DNA of 64,000 nucleotides from Flavobacteriales bacterium (GCA_049890095.1 JBMHCD010000007.1:16422-80421), one strand, 5' to 3'. Positions 9,818 through 19,626 are shown, numbered from the stretch's first letter. The notes: generated from the sequence alone by a model not told the origin. Numbers and translations: made by a program.

Positions 9818-10837
9818 TTATATAAAATCACTCTTTTTCATTCCTAACCAATCCAACGCATTGCTCGAAAGAAGCTTTTCTTTTACATTAATTGTATAGG
9901 GCGATTCTGTAATTAGTTTTCCTGGTTCTAATTCTCCTAAAGGAAATGGATAGTCTGTTCCTAAAGCAACTTTATCTTCTCCTACTAATTCAACAATATA
10001 CTCTAACATTTTAGGGTCATGAACTAAACTATCCAACCAAAATTGTCCTAAATAATCTCTTGGATTTTTCTTGTTGTCAATTGCAACTAAATCTGGACGA
10101 ACATTAAATCCATGTTCAATACGTCCTATTGTAGCTGGGAAAGCTCCTCCACCGTGAGCAAAGGCAACTTTTAAATTCGGTAAGCGTTCAAACACTCCAC
10201 TAAAAATCATAGAACAAATGGCTAATGATGTTTCCATTGGCATGCCAACCAACCAAGGAAGCCAATATTTTTCCATTTTTTCCTTTGCCATCCACCACCA
10301 TGGGTGAACAAAAATGGACATTTCTAAGTCTTGACATGCTTCAAAAACAGGGAAGAACGAAGGGTGATCTAAATTTAAATCATTTATGTGGGAGCCGATT
10401 TGTATTCCCTTCATCCCTATAGATTTGCACCTTTCTAATTCTTTTAGTGCAAGCTTTGTGTCTTGCATTGGTAAATTACCTAAACCAACAAACTTTTTTG
10501 GATGGTTTGAAACAACATTAGCAATATCATCATTCAAAAACTTAGAAATTTCTAACCCATGTTGTGCTCTTGTCCAATAAGAAAACATCACAGGGACTGT
10601 TGAAAGAACCTGTACATTTACATTTTGATGATTGCATTCTTCAATTCTTTTTTTTGGGTCCCAACAGTTGGACTCTATTTCTCTAAAAAACTCATCATTC
10701 ATCATCATTTTAGCACAACATGGTTTATGATGTTGTAGCTGAATGAACTCTCCATAACCAAATTTTTTATTAAAATTTGGAATATCTTTAGGTAAAATGT
10801 GAGTGTGTATATCTACTGTAAATAATTTTTTCATCAT
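9818..10837 (-). CDS. amidohydrolase-2 family decarboxylase, likely 2-amino-3-carboxymuconate-6-semialdehyde decarboxylase (ACMSD)
   Basis: 339 aa. The N-terminal metal ligands are DIHTHILP, and FAHGGG and LGTDYPF motifs are present. It overlaps the 3-hydroxyanthranilate dioxygenase gene by 4 nt. Confidence 0.75.
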   Translation of the reverse strand: MMKKLFTVDIHTHILPKDIPNFNKKFGYGEFIQLQHHKPCCAKMMMNDEFFREIESNCWDPKKRIEECNHQNVNVQVLSTVPVMFSYWTRAQHGLEISKFLNDDIANVVSNHPKKFVGLGNLPMQDTKLALKELERCKSIGMKGIQIGSHINDLNLDHPSFFPVFEACQDLEMSIFVHPWWWMAKEKMEKYWLPWLVGMPMETSLAICSMIFSGVFERLPNLKVAFAHGGGAFPATIGRIEHGFNVRPDLVAIDNKKNPRDYLGQFWLDSLVHDPKMLEYIVELVGEDKVALGTDYPFPLGELEPGKLITESPYTINVKEKLLSSNALDWLGMKKSDFI

Positions 10838-11397
10838 ACAAATCTTTTATCTACTTCCATTACTAACCCACATCTCTCACACTTCCTTAATTTTTCTGAT
10901 GCATAAAACTCTTTGAAACGACCTATAAAGTCTTTTTCAATATTTTTTAATGGGAAGTCATATCTATGAAGTAAATTATTACAAGAATCACAAAACCAAA
11001 GTAATCCATCTTGCATTTGATGCTTTCTTACAAGTTCAATTACTAAACCAACTGTATTTTCTCCACGAATGGGTGAATGAGGAATACCAGCAGGCAATAA
11101 AAATATTTCTCCTTCCTTTATTTTAATGTCTTTTAGTTCGCCATCTTGTTGAATTCTAACCGTAATATCTCCTTGAACCTGATAAAATAATTCTTCACTT
11201 TGATTTAAGTGATAATCCTTTCTACTGTTAGGACCACCAACAATCATCACTATAAAATCTCCAGACTCTACATATAAATTTTTATTACCAACAGGTGGTT
11301 TTAAAAGATCTCTATTATTTTCAATCCAAGCGTGTAGGTTAAAAGGTTTTTTGAAACTCACAGTTGTATGTTTATGTTGCTGCAGCAATTTACACAA
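10834..11397 (-). CDS. 3-hydroxyanthranilate 3,4-dioxygenase
   Basis: The cupin core reads LLKPPVGNKNLYVESGDFIVMIVGGPNSRKDYH...EELFYQVQGD...GIPHSP. The C-terminal CDSC...CERC pair matches the rubredoxin-like site of bacterial HAOs. There is no in-frame ATG near the 5' end. TTG at 11397 or GTG at 11361 are candidate starts, so the start is uncertain. Confidence 0.85.
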   Translation of the reverse strand: MCKLLQQHKHTTVSFKKPFNLHAWIENNRDLLKPPVGNKNLYVESGDFIVMIVGGPNSRKDYHLNQSEELFYQVQGDITVRIQQDGELKDIKIKEGEIFLLPAGIPHSPIRGENTVGLVIELVRKHQMQDGLLWFCDSCNNLLHRYDFPLKNIEKDFIGRFKEFYASEKLRKCERCGLVMEVDKRFV

Positions 11398-11404
11398 TTT
11401 TAGC

Positions 11405-11412
11405 TATTTTTG
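11405..11412 (+). promoter_or_regulatory. candidate -7 element TAnnTTTG immediately upstream of the SDR start codon
   Basis: TATTTTTG ends 5 nt before the ATG at 11418, which implies a leaderless or near-leaderless transcript. Confidence 0.3.
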
Positions 11413-11417
11413 AAGTT

Positions 11418-12200
11418 ATGAATTTAGACTTATCCGGAAAAACAGCTGTCGTATGTGGTAGTACCCAAGGAATTGGTAAGGCCGTTGCCTTAGAACTATC
11501 CCAAATGGGAGCTAGTATCATTTTACTTGCAAGAAATAAAACAACACTTTCAGAAGTAATAAAAGAACTTAGTACTGAACAAGGTCAAAAACATGAATTT
11601 ATTTGTGTGGATTTTTCCTCACAATCTGATATCAATCAAGTTTGTGACATTTTAAAAAATAAACAGATTCATGTTTTAATAAATAACACTGGAGGCCCTG
11701 CTGGTGGTCCTATTTACAAAGCAAATAGCCAAGAATTTATTGATGCTTTTAACATGCATTTGGTTTGTAACCAAAAACTCAGCCAAGCTGTTCTTAGCTC
11801 CATGAAATCATTTAATTATGGAAGAATCGTTAACATAATTTCAACCTCTGTTAAAGTCCCTATAAATGGATTAGGTGTGTCTAATACAATCAGAGGAGCT
11901 GTAGCTAGTTGGGCAAAAACAATGGCTAATGAATTAGCTTCTTTTGGAATAACCGTCAATAATGTTTTGCCTGGTTTTACAAATACAAATAGGTTATCAA
12001 GTTTGATTACTAAAAAAGCAAGCAATCAAAATACTACTAAGGAAAAAATCATTCAATCTATGCTCCAAACCGTTCCAGCAAATCGTTTTGGTGAGGCTAG
12101 TGAAGTTGCAAATGCTGTTGCTTTTTTATGTTCTCCAAGTGCTTCATATATAAACGGAATAAACATTCCGGTCGATGGTGGTAGAACCGGAACTTTATAA
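11418..12200 (+). CDS. atypical short-chain dehydrogenase/reductase-fold protein
   Basis: 260 aa from the ATG at 11418. The Rossmann motif is CGSTQGIGKA and NNTGG is present. The expected Ser-Tyr-x3-Lys positions read S142...S155-N-T-I-R159, so the canonical Tyr and Lys are absent. The ORF-track start at 11364 is an upstream extension. Confidence 0.8.
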   Translation: MNLDLSGKTAVVCGSTQGIGKAVALELSQMGASIILLARNKTTLSEVIKELSTEQGQKHEFICVDFSSQSDINQVCDILKNKQIHVLINNTGGPAGGPIYKANSQEFIDAFNMHLVCNQKLSQAVLSSMKSFNYGRIVNIISTSVKVPINGLGVSNTIRGAVASWAKTMANELASFGITVNNVLPGFTNTNRLSSLITKKASNQNTTKEKIIQSMLQTVPANRFGEASEVANAVAFLCSPSASYINGINIPVDGGRTGTL

Positions 12201-12207
12201 TTAAATA

Positions 12208-13647
12208 ATGATTAAAATACTAAACTATATAGACGGAAAGCTAATTGAGGGAGTTGGAAAATTGTTTTTAGAAAATGAAAGTCCTACAAATGGAAAAGTT
12301 TTTTCTTTAGTTCCAGATAGCGACCATAGAGATGTTGAACTTGCAATTAGTGCAGCTAAAAAAGCTTTCACTAGCTGGAGTAATTTATCAAAAAAAGAAA
12401 GACATGACCATTTGATAAATTTAGCTAATGGATTAAGAAATCGATTTGATGAACTAGTTGAAGCTGAAAGCCTGGATAACGGAAAGCCTCAATGGTTAGC
12501 ACAGCAAGTTGATATTCCTAGAGCATCAGAAAACTTTGAGTTTTTTGCAACCGCATCACTTCACTTTGCCTCTCAAATACATGAGATGGATGGTAAGGCT
12601 ATAAATTATACCCTTAGAGAACCTATAGGGGTAGTTGGGTGTATTTCACCTTGGAATTTGCCTATTTATTTGTTTACATGGAAAATTGCTCCTGCTCTAG
12701 CCGCAGGAAATACTGTAGTTGCAAAACCATCTGAAGTTACTCCATACACCGCATATCTTTTGAGTGAAGTTTGTAAAGAAATAAACTTCCCTAAAGGTGT
12801 TTTAAATATCGTACATGGGTTAGGGCATAAAGTTGGACAAGTGATTTGCGGACACAAAGACACTCCAGTAATTTCGTTTACAGGTGGAACAACCACAGGA
12901 GCTAAAATTGCAGAAATTGCATCTCCTATGTTCAAAAAATTATCTTTAGAGTTAGGAGGGAAAAACCCTAATATCATTTTTAAAGATGCAAATTTCGATG
13001 ATGCTTTAGATATAGCAGTAAAAGCAGCATTTAGAAATCAAGGTCAAATTTGTTTATGTGGTTCTAGACTTTTTGTTGAACAATCTATCTACGAAAAATT
13101 TAAGTCTGCTTTTTTAGAAAAAGTAAAATCTCTTACTGTAGGAGACCCAAAAAAAGAAAATGATTTAGGTGCAATAGTTTCTAGAGATCACATGAATAAA
13201 ATTCTAGAAAAAATTAAGTTAGCTAAACAAGAGGGGGGTAAAATATTATGTGGTGGACATCGGGTATTTTTAGAAGGAGAGCTTAAAAATGGATACTATA
13301 TAGCTCCAACTGTTATTGAAGGTTTAGACTACAAATGCGACACTAATCAAGAAGAAATTTTTGGCCCAGTTGTTACCATTATGCCTTTCACTAATGAACA
13401 AGAAGTTATTGATATGGCGAATAGCACAAAATATGGTCTTGCAGCTAGTATTTTTACAAATGATATTAGCAAAGGGCATAGAGTAGCTAGTAAAATAGAT
13501 TCTGGTATTGTATGGATAAATACCTGGATGATGAGAGATCTTAGAATTCCATTTGGCGGAATGAAAGAATCTGGCATTGGAAGAGAAGGAGGGTTTAAAT
13601 CTTTGGAGTTTTTTACCGAACCAAAAAATGTATGTTTAAAAATTTAA
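12208..13647 (+). CDS. NAD(P)-dependent aldehyde dehydrogenase, likely 2-aminomuconate-6-semialdehyde dehydrogenase by context
   Basis: 479 aa. ALDH motifs are LELGGKNP (Glu), GQICLCGSR (catalytic Cys) and EEIFGPV. It lies 7 nt after the SDR. The substrate call rests only on context. Confidence 0.8.
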   Translation: MIKILNYIDGKLIEGVGKLFLENESPTNGKVFSLVPDSDHRDVELAISAAKKAFTSWSNLSKKERHDHLINLANGLRNRFDELVEAESLDNGKPQWLAQQVDIPRASENFEFFATASLHFASQIHEMDGKAINYTLREPIGVVGCISPWNLPIYLFTWKIAPALAAGNTVVAKPSEVTPYTAYLLSEVCKEINFPKGVLNIVHGLGHKVGQVICGHKDTPVISFTGGTTTGAKIAEIASPMFKKLSLELGGKNPNIIFKDANFDDALDIAVKAAFRNQGQICLCGSRLFVEQSIYEKFKSAFLEKVKSLTVGDPKKENDLGAIVSRDHMNKILEKIKLAKQEGGKILCGGHRVFLEGELKNGYYIAPTVIEGLDYKCDTNQEEIFGPVVTIMPFTNEQEVIDMANSTKYGLAASIFTNDISKGHRVASKIDSGIVWINTWMMRDLRIPFGGMKESGIGREGGFKSLEFFTEPKNVCLKI

Positions 13648-13673
13648 ATGACTCCTTTAAAATAAGGGTTTTA

Positions 13674-14216
13674 ATGATCTCCTTGTTTTGTTTAATCGCA
13701 CATTCTGGCTGGTCGCAAACCAAACATTTGATAACACAAATAGAAGCAGGAGGTATTAGAGGAATTCAGATAAGTAAAACTTTTCCTGTTCTCAAAACAG
13801 GAACGATGGCTCAAATTAGTCTCAGCAAACCATTTGGTCAATTTGTTCAGGCAGGAATAGGAATAGGATATATACAACTAGAACGAGAAGACTTTAAACC
13901 TTTATTTTTTTACATTAAGGGAAATAAAAAACATCATGAAAATAGTATGTTTTTCGAATCTTCATTAGGTATCTCCAAAGGAACAAACTACGACTTCATA
14001 AACTCAAATAACACAGAATTTAATGGTGGTATATATTTTTCGCCAGGTATTGGCTATCAATACATTATAAATTCAAAAATTGCTCTAACTTCAAGCATAA
14101 ATTACGTTTTGCAAAAAGCGACTCTTAATCAACTAAATTCTTCTCAAGAAATATTTTATAGCGAATCATTGAGTTTGGATTTAATTATTTTTAAAATTGG
14201 ATTAACTCTAAAATAA
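13674..14216 (+). CDS. hypothetical secreted protein, possibly a small outer-membrane beta-barrel
   Basis: 180 aa from the ATG at 13674. It has a short signal-like N-terminus and alternating hydrophobic/polar strands with Gly/Tyr-rich turns (GIGIGYIQ, GIGYQYII). Its stop abuts the CotH-family ATG. Confidence 0.5.
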   Translation: MISLFCLIAHSGWSQTKHLITQIEAGGIRGIQISKTFPVLKTGTMAQISLSKPFGQFVQAGIGIGYIQLEREDFKPLFFYIKGNKKHHENSMFFESSLGISKGTNYDFINSNNTEFNGGIYFSPGIGYQYIINSKIALTSSINYVLQKATLNQLNSSQEIFYSESLSLDLIIFKIGLTLK

Positions 14217-16424
14217 ATGAGACTCCTTTTTCTTCTTTTATGTTTTTTGTGTTTCAAAAACCTTTTTTCTCAAAAGCTAACCATAAATGAAATTGTTTCT
14301 AAAAACACTAAAACATATCTCAGTTTAGATAGCCAATCACATGACTGGATTGAGCTTTACAACAACAGCTCTGACACCTTAGAACTATCCAACTATTTTT
14401 TGTCCGATAAGGAAAATCATTTACTTATGTGGATGCTACCTAATATTAAACTTAATCCATTCTCCCATTTTATTGTTTTCGCTAGTGGTAAAAATAGTAT
14501 TGAAAAAAATCAAGTTCATACAAACTTCCAAATTAAAAGCGAAGGAGAAGACCTTTTTTTAACTAATAACAAAGGAGAAATAATTGATTTTTATCCTGGT
14601 GTTTCTTTACAAGAAAATGAATCGTTTGGTCGCTTTCCAGATGGTAGTCTTTATACTGGTGTTTTACAAGATGCTACTCCGGGTCAAGCAAATGATTTGA
14701 TACAAAAAGAATACAGTCATCTTTCTTTTTCTAAGGAAGCTGGCTTTTACAAAGAGAAATTTAATCTTTCTATTCAATGTTCTTTTCCAAATACCACTAT
14801 CCGCTTTACTATTGATGGGAGCGATCCAATTTCTAATAGTTTTGAATATAACGACTACATTTCTATAAATTCGAAATCTAATGAGGAGAACGTTCATTCC
14901 GAAATTTCTACTTCTGATGATTGGAGCCCTCCAAAAAACCAAGTTTTTAAGGGACACACCATTAAAGCAGCTGCATTTTTTAATGAAAAACGAATAAGTG
15001 ATATTTACTGCAAAAGCTACTTTATACTTCCACAGTCAAAAAATTATTCTCTTCCTGTTGTGTCATTAATCAGTGATTTCAATAACTTTTTTGATCCAGA
15101 TAGTGGGATATATGTCAAAGGAAATTATTTTAATTTCAAAAAAAGAGGAGTTGAATGGGAAAGGCCTACTAGCTTAGAATATTTTGACGAAAAAGGCACC
15201 CTACAATTTAGTCAAAAGGCTGGAATAAGAATAAATGGAAATAAGAGTAGAACCTCTCCTCAAAAATCACTTCAACTTTTTGCAAAAGAAATATATGATA
15301 AAAAGAAATTTGAATATGCTTTTTTTGATAATGATTGCTCTTCAACTTTTAATCGGATAAAACTTCGATCGGCTAGTGGTAGCGATTGGAAATTTACTAT
15401 GTTCAAAAATGAGCTTGCACAAAAAATTAGTTCAAATCTAGATTTAGAACTAGCTTGTTCAAAGCCAGTTCTCGTTTTTATAAATGGAGAGTATTGGGGA
15501 ATACATCATTTAACAGAAAAGATAAACGACGATTATTTTTCAGACTATTTTGACATCGATAAAGAGGAAGTTAATATTTTGTCTTTTGATGGTGTAATGG
15601 AGTCAGGTAACTCAGACTCTTATAGAGAAATGATTCGATTTATCAGTAATAATGATCTGCAAAAAGAAGAAAATTTTTTGCACGTTGCTGATCAAATAAA
15701 TTTGTCCAATTATATCGATTATAACTGTGCGGAAATATTCTTTTCTAATAAAGATTGGCCAAATAACAATGTTCGATATTGGAAGCCTCAAAACAAGAGT
15801 AAATGGAGATGGTTGTTTTTTGACTGTGATGCCTGTATGGGATACGAATATTATGATATACTACAAGATTTTACTTTTGAGGAAAATTATAGTGCTAATT
15901 TTCAATCTTGGTCAACTTTTTTATTACACAATTTATTGAAAAACGACTCTTTTAAATTGGCATTTCGGTCTCGATTTGAATATCTACTAAACAATGACTT
16001 TTCATTTGCCAACATATCAAAACAAATTGACGAATTTGTAAGTGTATTAGATCCAGAAGTTAATGAGCATTGTGATAGGTGGAGAACTCCTGAAAATAAA
16101 GCAGAATGGCTAGGAGCTATAGAAGGTCTTTATTCTTTTGCTAGTTTTAGACCTCAAGTAATGAGACAACAATTAACCCAATTTTTCGGCAAACCATTTA
16201 CTGTTTTTCCAAACCCGGCCAGAAATGAAGTAAACATTCTTATTAATATTGATAAATCGAGTTTGAAAAAAATACAAGTGAAAAATATTTTAGGGAAATA
16301 TGTCTACAAAAGTAGTTCTCAAAATTATAGTTCCATAGATTTATCCCATCTAAATCCAGGAATTTACATGATGGAAGTACTGATAGGGTCTTCTGTATAT
16401 TTTCAAAAGATTGTCTTACAATGA
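14217..16424 (+). CDS. secreted CotH-kinase-family protein with lamin-tail domain and T9SS type A C-terminal sorting domain
   Basis: 735 aa with a signal peptide. Lamin-tail domain: LTINEIVSKN...HDWIELYNNS. Chitobiase-C-like segment: TIRFTIDGSDP. CotH core: IRINGNKSRTSPQKSLQLF...VLVFINGEYWGIHHLTEKI. The CTD reads FPNPARNEVNILI...GIYMMEV...FQKIVLQ. Confidence 0.8.
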   Translation: MRLLFLLLCFLCFKNLFSQKLTINEIVSKNTKTYLSLDSQSHDWIELYNNSSDTLELSNYFLSDKENHLLMWMLPNIKLNPFSHFIVFASGKNSIEKNQVHTNFQIKSEGEDLFLTNNKGEIIDFYPGVSLQENESFGRFPDGSLYTGVLQDATPGQANDLIQKEYSHLSFSKEAGFYKEKFNLSIQCSFPNTTIRFTIDGSDPISNSFEYNDYISINSKSNEENVHSEISTSDDWSPPKNQVFKGHTIKAAAFFNEKRISDIYCKSYFILPQSKNYSLPVVSLISDFNNFFDPDSGIYVKGNYFNFKKRGVEWERPTSLEYFDEKGTLQFSQKAGIRINGNKSRTSPQKSLQLFAKEIYDKKKFEYAFFDNDCSSTFNRIKLRSASGSDWKFTMFKNELAQKISSNLDLELACSKPVLVFINGEYWGIHHLTEKINDDYFSDYFDIDKEEVNILSFDGVMESGNSDSYREMIRFISNNDLQKEENFLHVADQINLSNYIDYNCAEIFFSNKDWPNNNVRYWKPQNKSKWRWLFFDCDACMGYEYYDILQDFTFEENYSANFQSWSTFLLHNLLKNDSFKLAFRSRFEYLLNNDFSFANISKQIDEFVSVLDPEVNEHCDRWRTPENKAEWLGAIEGLYSFASFRPQVMRQQLTQFFGKPFTVFPNPARNEVNILINIDKSSLKKIQVKNILGKYVYKSSSQNYSSIDLSHLNPGIYMMEVLIGSSVYFQKIVLQ

Positions 16425-16667
16425 TTATTTTAAATATGGATCTATATATTTAATATCATTTTTGGTCAATATTAAAAAATTGTTCCCCTTTTGACGAAAA
16501 TGAAACTTTATTCCATCTTTATCTTCAAAAACTTCTATAATTGTTCCTGTAGTTCTCTTATTGTTTCTTAATAATAGCTCAACGGTATTACCCGTTAGGT
16601 GTTGCCAAACAGACTTACTAAAACTATTTTTTTGATATAGGCAATCCAATTCGTCTTTCCAATACAT
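16425..16667 (-). CDS. hypothetical small protein (80 aa)
   Basis: ORF only, with no recognised motif. It is last on the minus-strand run after GH92 and its stop abuts the CotH-family stop. Confidence 0.4.
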   Translation of the reverse strand: MYWKDELDCLYQKNSFSKSVWQHLTGNTVELLLRNNKRTTGTIIEVFEDKDGIKFHFRQKGNNFLILTKNDIKYIDPYLK

Positions 16668-16749
16668 TTTTAATCCTTTATTATTAATGCAAATTTGTAA
16701 AACTTGATTAATGTAAAGATTATGATAAGATTATTGAAATGTTAAGAAA

Positions 16750-19626
16750 TTAGTCAATTATTATTTCATCAGAAAACAACCATGTAGTACCTCCAGAGCC
16801 AAGGTGCCAATCTGGACAAACACCATAATTCTCTGCCACAATTTTAATATATTGGGTTTTATTCCTTGAAAAAGACGCTTTATAATCTTGATGAAAAGAA
16901 CCATATTTATTATCTGGGAAAGTATTCTTTACAATTGCTACTTCTCGAAAAGAAACTCCATCATCAGAAGCAAAAAATGTTACTTTAGGGGGGTAAAAAA
17001 CCCAAGATTTTATGTCTTGCAAAAAGCCTATAGAAACAGAGTTAACTGGTTTGAGCTCTCCAATATCTACAATTAATTCTATATTCTCTCGATAACCTTG
17101 CCATCTACCTGTTCTATAACTTCCTGAACCTCTCAGATGATCTATTAAGGTATTATCTCCTGCAGCAGCATATTGATTGGCATATTTACTTAAAATTTTA
17201 ATGCTACGTGAATCATCTATTTTAAAATATTCTGATGAAATAGTCGCGCTACTTTTATCTCCTAAAAACATTTTGGCTTTAATAGTTGCATCAGATTGTA
17301 ATAGTAGTTTATTTTCAAATAACGGACTTTGTAAATTTGGTTCTGATCCATCGACTGTATACCTAATCTCGCCCTCAATTGCACTAGCAATAGATACAAA
17401 TAAAGTATCCTTAAATGTTTGACTTGTAGCTGTAAAATAAGGGGTTGGAATAATCCTATTTTTTTGAACGGTTGATCTTGGAGAAGCTTCCAAGCCCCAC
17501 TGCTTTTCCTTATAACCCATTTCAAAAATCAACTCTCCTCCCCTCATTATATCCGAATGCTTAATGTAGGTTTTATTGTAAGGCATTCCGTTTAGGGTTA
17601 CGGATTGAATATATTTATTGATAGAAGATAATTTTTGTGCTTTAATAACAAACGTTTTACCATTTTCTAACTTTAGATTGATATGATCAAATAATGGCGT
17701 TCCGATAGTATAATAGTCCAATCCTGGAGTTACAGAATATATTCCCATGGCACTTAGAACATACCAAGAGGACATTTGTCCGCAATCTTCATTTCCTGAA
17801 AGTCCATCAGGAGAATTTTGATATTGTTCTTCCATGATTTGCCTTACTCTAGCTTGCGTTTTCCATGGCTGATTTACATAATTGTATAAATAAGCCATAT
17901 GATGGCTTGGCTCATTTCCATGAGCATATTGACCAATTAAACCTGTTATATCCGCTTGCTTTCTTCCGCTTGTTCGACTATCAGCGCTAAACAAACTATC
18001 CAAATGAGCAGCATATTTTTCCTTTCCTCCCATCAACTCAATATGTCCTTCAATATCATGTAATACAAACATGGAATATTGCCAAGCATTAGCTTCTGTA
18101 TAATTATAGTTGACCTCATCGGGGACAAAAGGTCCAAACCAACTATTATTAATTTTTGCTCTAAAAAATCCTGTTGTTGGATCAAACAAATTTTTATAAT
18201 TCTGTGATCTAGAATAAAAAATATTAGCTGTATCTAATTTATTCAACGAGTCTGACATTATTGCAATACACCAATCGTCATAGGAATATTCTAATGTTTT
18301 AGATACCGATTCAGGTTCATCACTTGCCGCAATAAATCCGTTATTTTTATAAAACTCTAACCCTTCACTGTCTAAATAAGCACTATAAACCATTGCATCC
18401 ATGGCAAGGTTAGTATCGTAATCTTTTATTCCTTTCATATAGGCATCAACAATTACAGGAATTGCATGATAGCCTATCATACAATTAGTATAATTTGCAG
18501 CAAGCTCCCATATAGGTAGCTTACCTCCTTGCTTATATTGTCTTAACAAAGTCCTAATAAATGAGTTCGTTCTTTTCTGGTCAATTAAAGTAAATAATGG
18601 ATGTGTTGCTCTAAAAGTGTCCCATAATGAAAAAACAGTATAATGATTATCCGTAGTGTCTTTATGAATATTCATATCCATTCCTAAATACCTACCATCC
18701 ACATCTATATATAGATTAGGGTTTAATAAACTATGGTAAAGAGCAGTATAAAAAATCGTCTTTTTTTCATCAGATCGACCATATACTTTAATCTTACCAA
18801 GCTCTTTTTCCCAGTTTGATTGAACTAGTTTTCTAGTTTTATCAAAGTCCCAATCTGGTATTTCTGCTTCCATATTTTTTTGTGCACCTTCCATATCAAC
18901 TGCAGAAAGAGCTACTTTGACTTTAAGATTTTTTTGCACTCCAAAACTTACTCCAGCTATTAAGCTGTCTGTATGAAATTGAATGTTTTTAAAAGGTGTT
19001 GAAAATCGCATATAAAAATGTACCCTTTGTTCTTCTGCCCATTGAGAAGAATAACGAAATCCACGCAAGGTAACGCTATCAACCACTTCTAATTTTGCAT
19101 CTATTAATTTATCTCTATGTTTGAGATCAATAATCAATTTTGCAGTGTCTCCTTGTTCAAAATGATAATTATGAAACCCTACCCTAGAAGTTGCAGTTAG
19201 TTCTACATTAACTTTCTCATCACTTAAGTATACTTGATAATAACCCGCTTGTGCCGATTCATTTTGATGAGAAAAAGAAGATCGATAGCCGGCTTTACCA
19301 TCCGAACCATTATGAAAAGTAATTTTTCTACTTTTTGGCATAAGCAAAACATCAGCGTAATCAGAAACTCCCGTTCCACTCAGGTGAGTATGAGAAAATC
19401 CATAGATAATCGAATCAGAATAATGATATCCTCCACAGCCATCCCACCCATCCAAACGAGTGTCAGGGCTTAACTGAACCATCCCAAAAGGAGAGGTAGC
19501 TCCAGGATAGGTATGACCATGTCCACCCGTTCCAATAAATGGGTTTACCCATTCAACTAACTTTTTTTCTGTAGTCTGACAAGCGCTAAATAAAACAACA
19601 AGAATTAATGCAATTTTAAATTTCAT
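16750..19626 (-). CDS. GH92 family alpha-mannosidase lipoprotein with C-terminal CHB_HEX_C-like and F5/8 type C (discoidin) domains
   Basis: 958 aa. The lipobox is LFSAC. GH92 hallmarks are GTGGHGHTYPGATSPFGMVQLSPDT and HGNEPSHH. The C-terminus has EIRYTVDGSEP followed by a discoidin-like ~150 aa. Confidence 0.9.
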   Translation of the reverse strand: MKFKIALILVVLFSACQTTEKKLVEWVNPFIGTGGHGHTYPGATSPFGMVQLSPDTRLDGWDGCGGYHYSDSIIYGFSHTHLSGTGVSDYADVLLMPKSRKITFHNGSDGKAGYRSSFSHQNESAQAGYYQVYLSDEKVNVELTATSRVGFHNYHFEQGDTAKLIIDLKHRDKLIDAKLEVVDSVTLRGFRYSSQWAEEQRVHFYMRFSTPFKNIQFHTDSLIAGVSFGVQKNLKVKVALSAVDMEGAQKNMEAEIPDWDFDKTRKLVQSNWEKELGKIKVYGRSDEKKTIFYTALYHSLLNPNLYIDVDGRYLGMDMNIHKDTTDNHYTVFSLWDTFRATHPLFTLIDQKRTNSFIRTLLRQYKQGGKLPIWELAANYTNCMIGYHAIPVIVDAYMKGIKDYDTNLAMDAMVYSAYLDSEGLEFYKNNGFIAASDEPESVSKTLEYSYDDWCIAIMSDSLNKLDTANIFYSRSQNYKNLFDPTTGFFRAKINNSWFGPFVPDEVNYNYTEANAWQYSMFVLHDIEGHIELMGGKEKYAAHLDSLFSADSRTSGRKQADITGLIGQYAHGNEPSHHMAYLYNYVNQPWKTQARVRQIMEEQYQNSPDGLSGNEDCGQMSSWYVLSAMGIYSVTPGLDYYTIGTPLFDHINLKLENGKTFVIKAQKLSSINKYIQSVTLNGMPYNKTYIKHSDIMRGGELIFEMGYKEKQWGLEASPRSTVQKNRIIPTPYFTATSQTFKDTLFVSIASAIEGEIRYTVDGSEPNLQSPLFENKLLLQSDATIKAKMFLGDKSSATISSEYFKIDDSRSIKILSKYANQYAAAGDNTLIDHLRGSGSYRTGRWQGYRENIELIVDIGELKPVNSVSIGFLQDIKSWVFYPPKVTFFASDDGVSFREVAIVKNTFPDNKYGSFHQDYKASFSRNKTQYIKIVAENYGVCPDWHLGSGGTTWLFSDEIIID

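Noticed and set aside
11364-11417. The upstream extension of the SDR ORF (MYVYVAAAIYTILAIFEV).
   Set aside because: It would overlap the divergent dioxygenase start. The Rossmann motif begins right after the ATG at 11418, which is also preceded by a promoter-like element. The 4482-4511 extension of the DUF3050 ORF was rejected for the same reasons.
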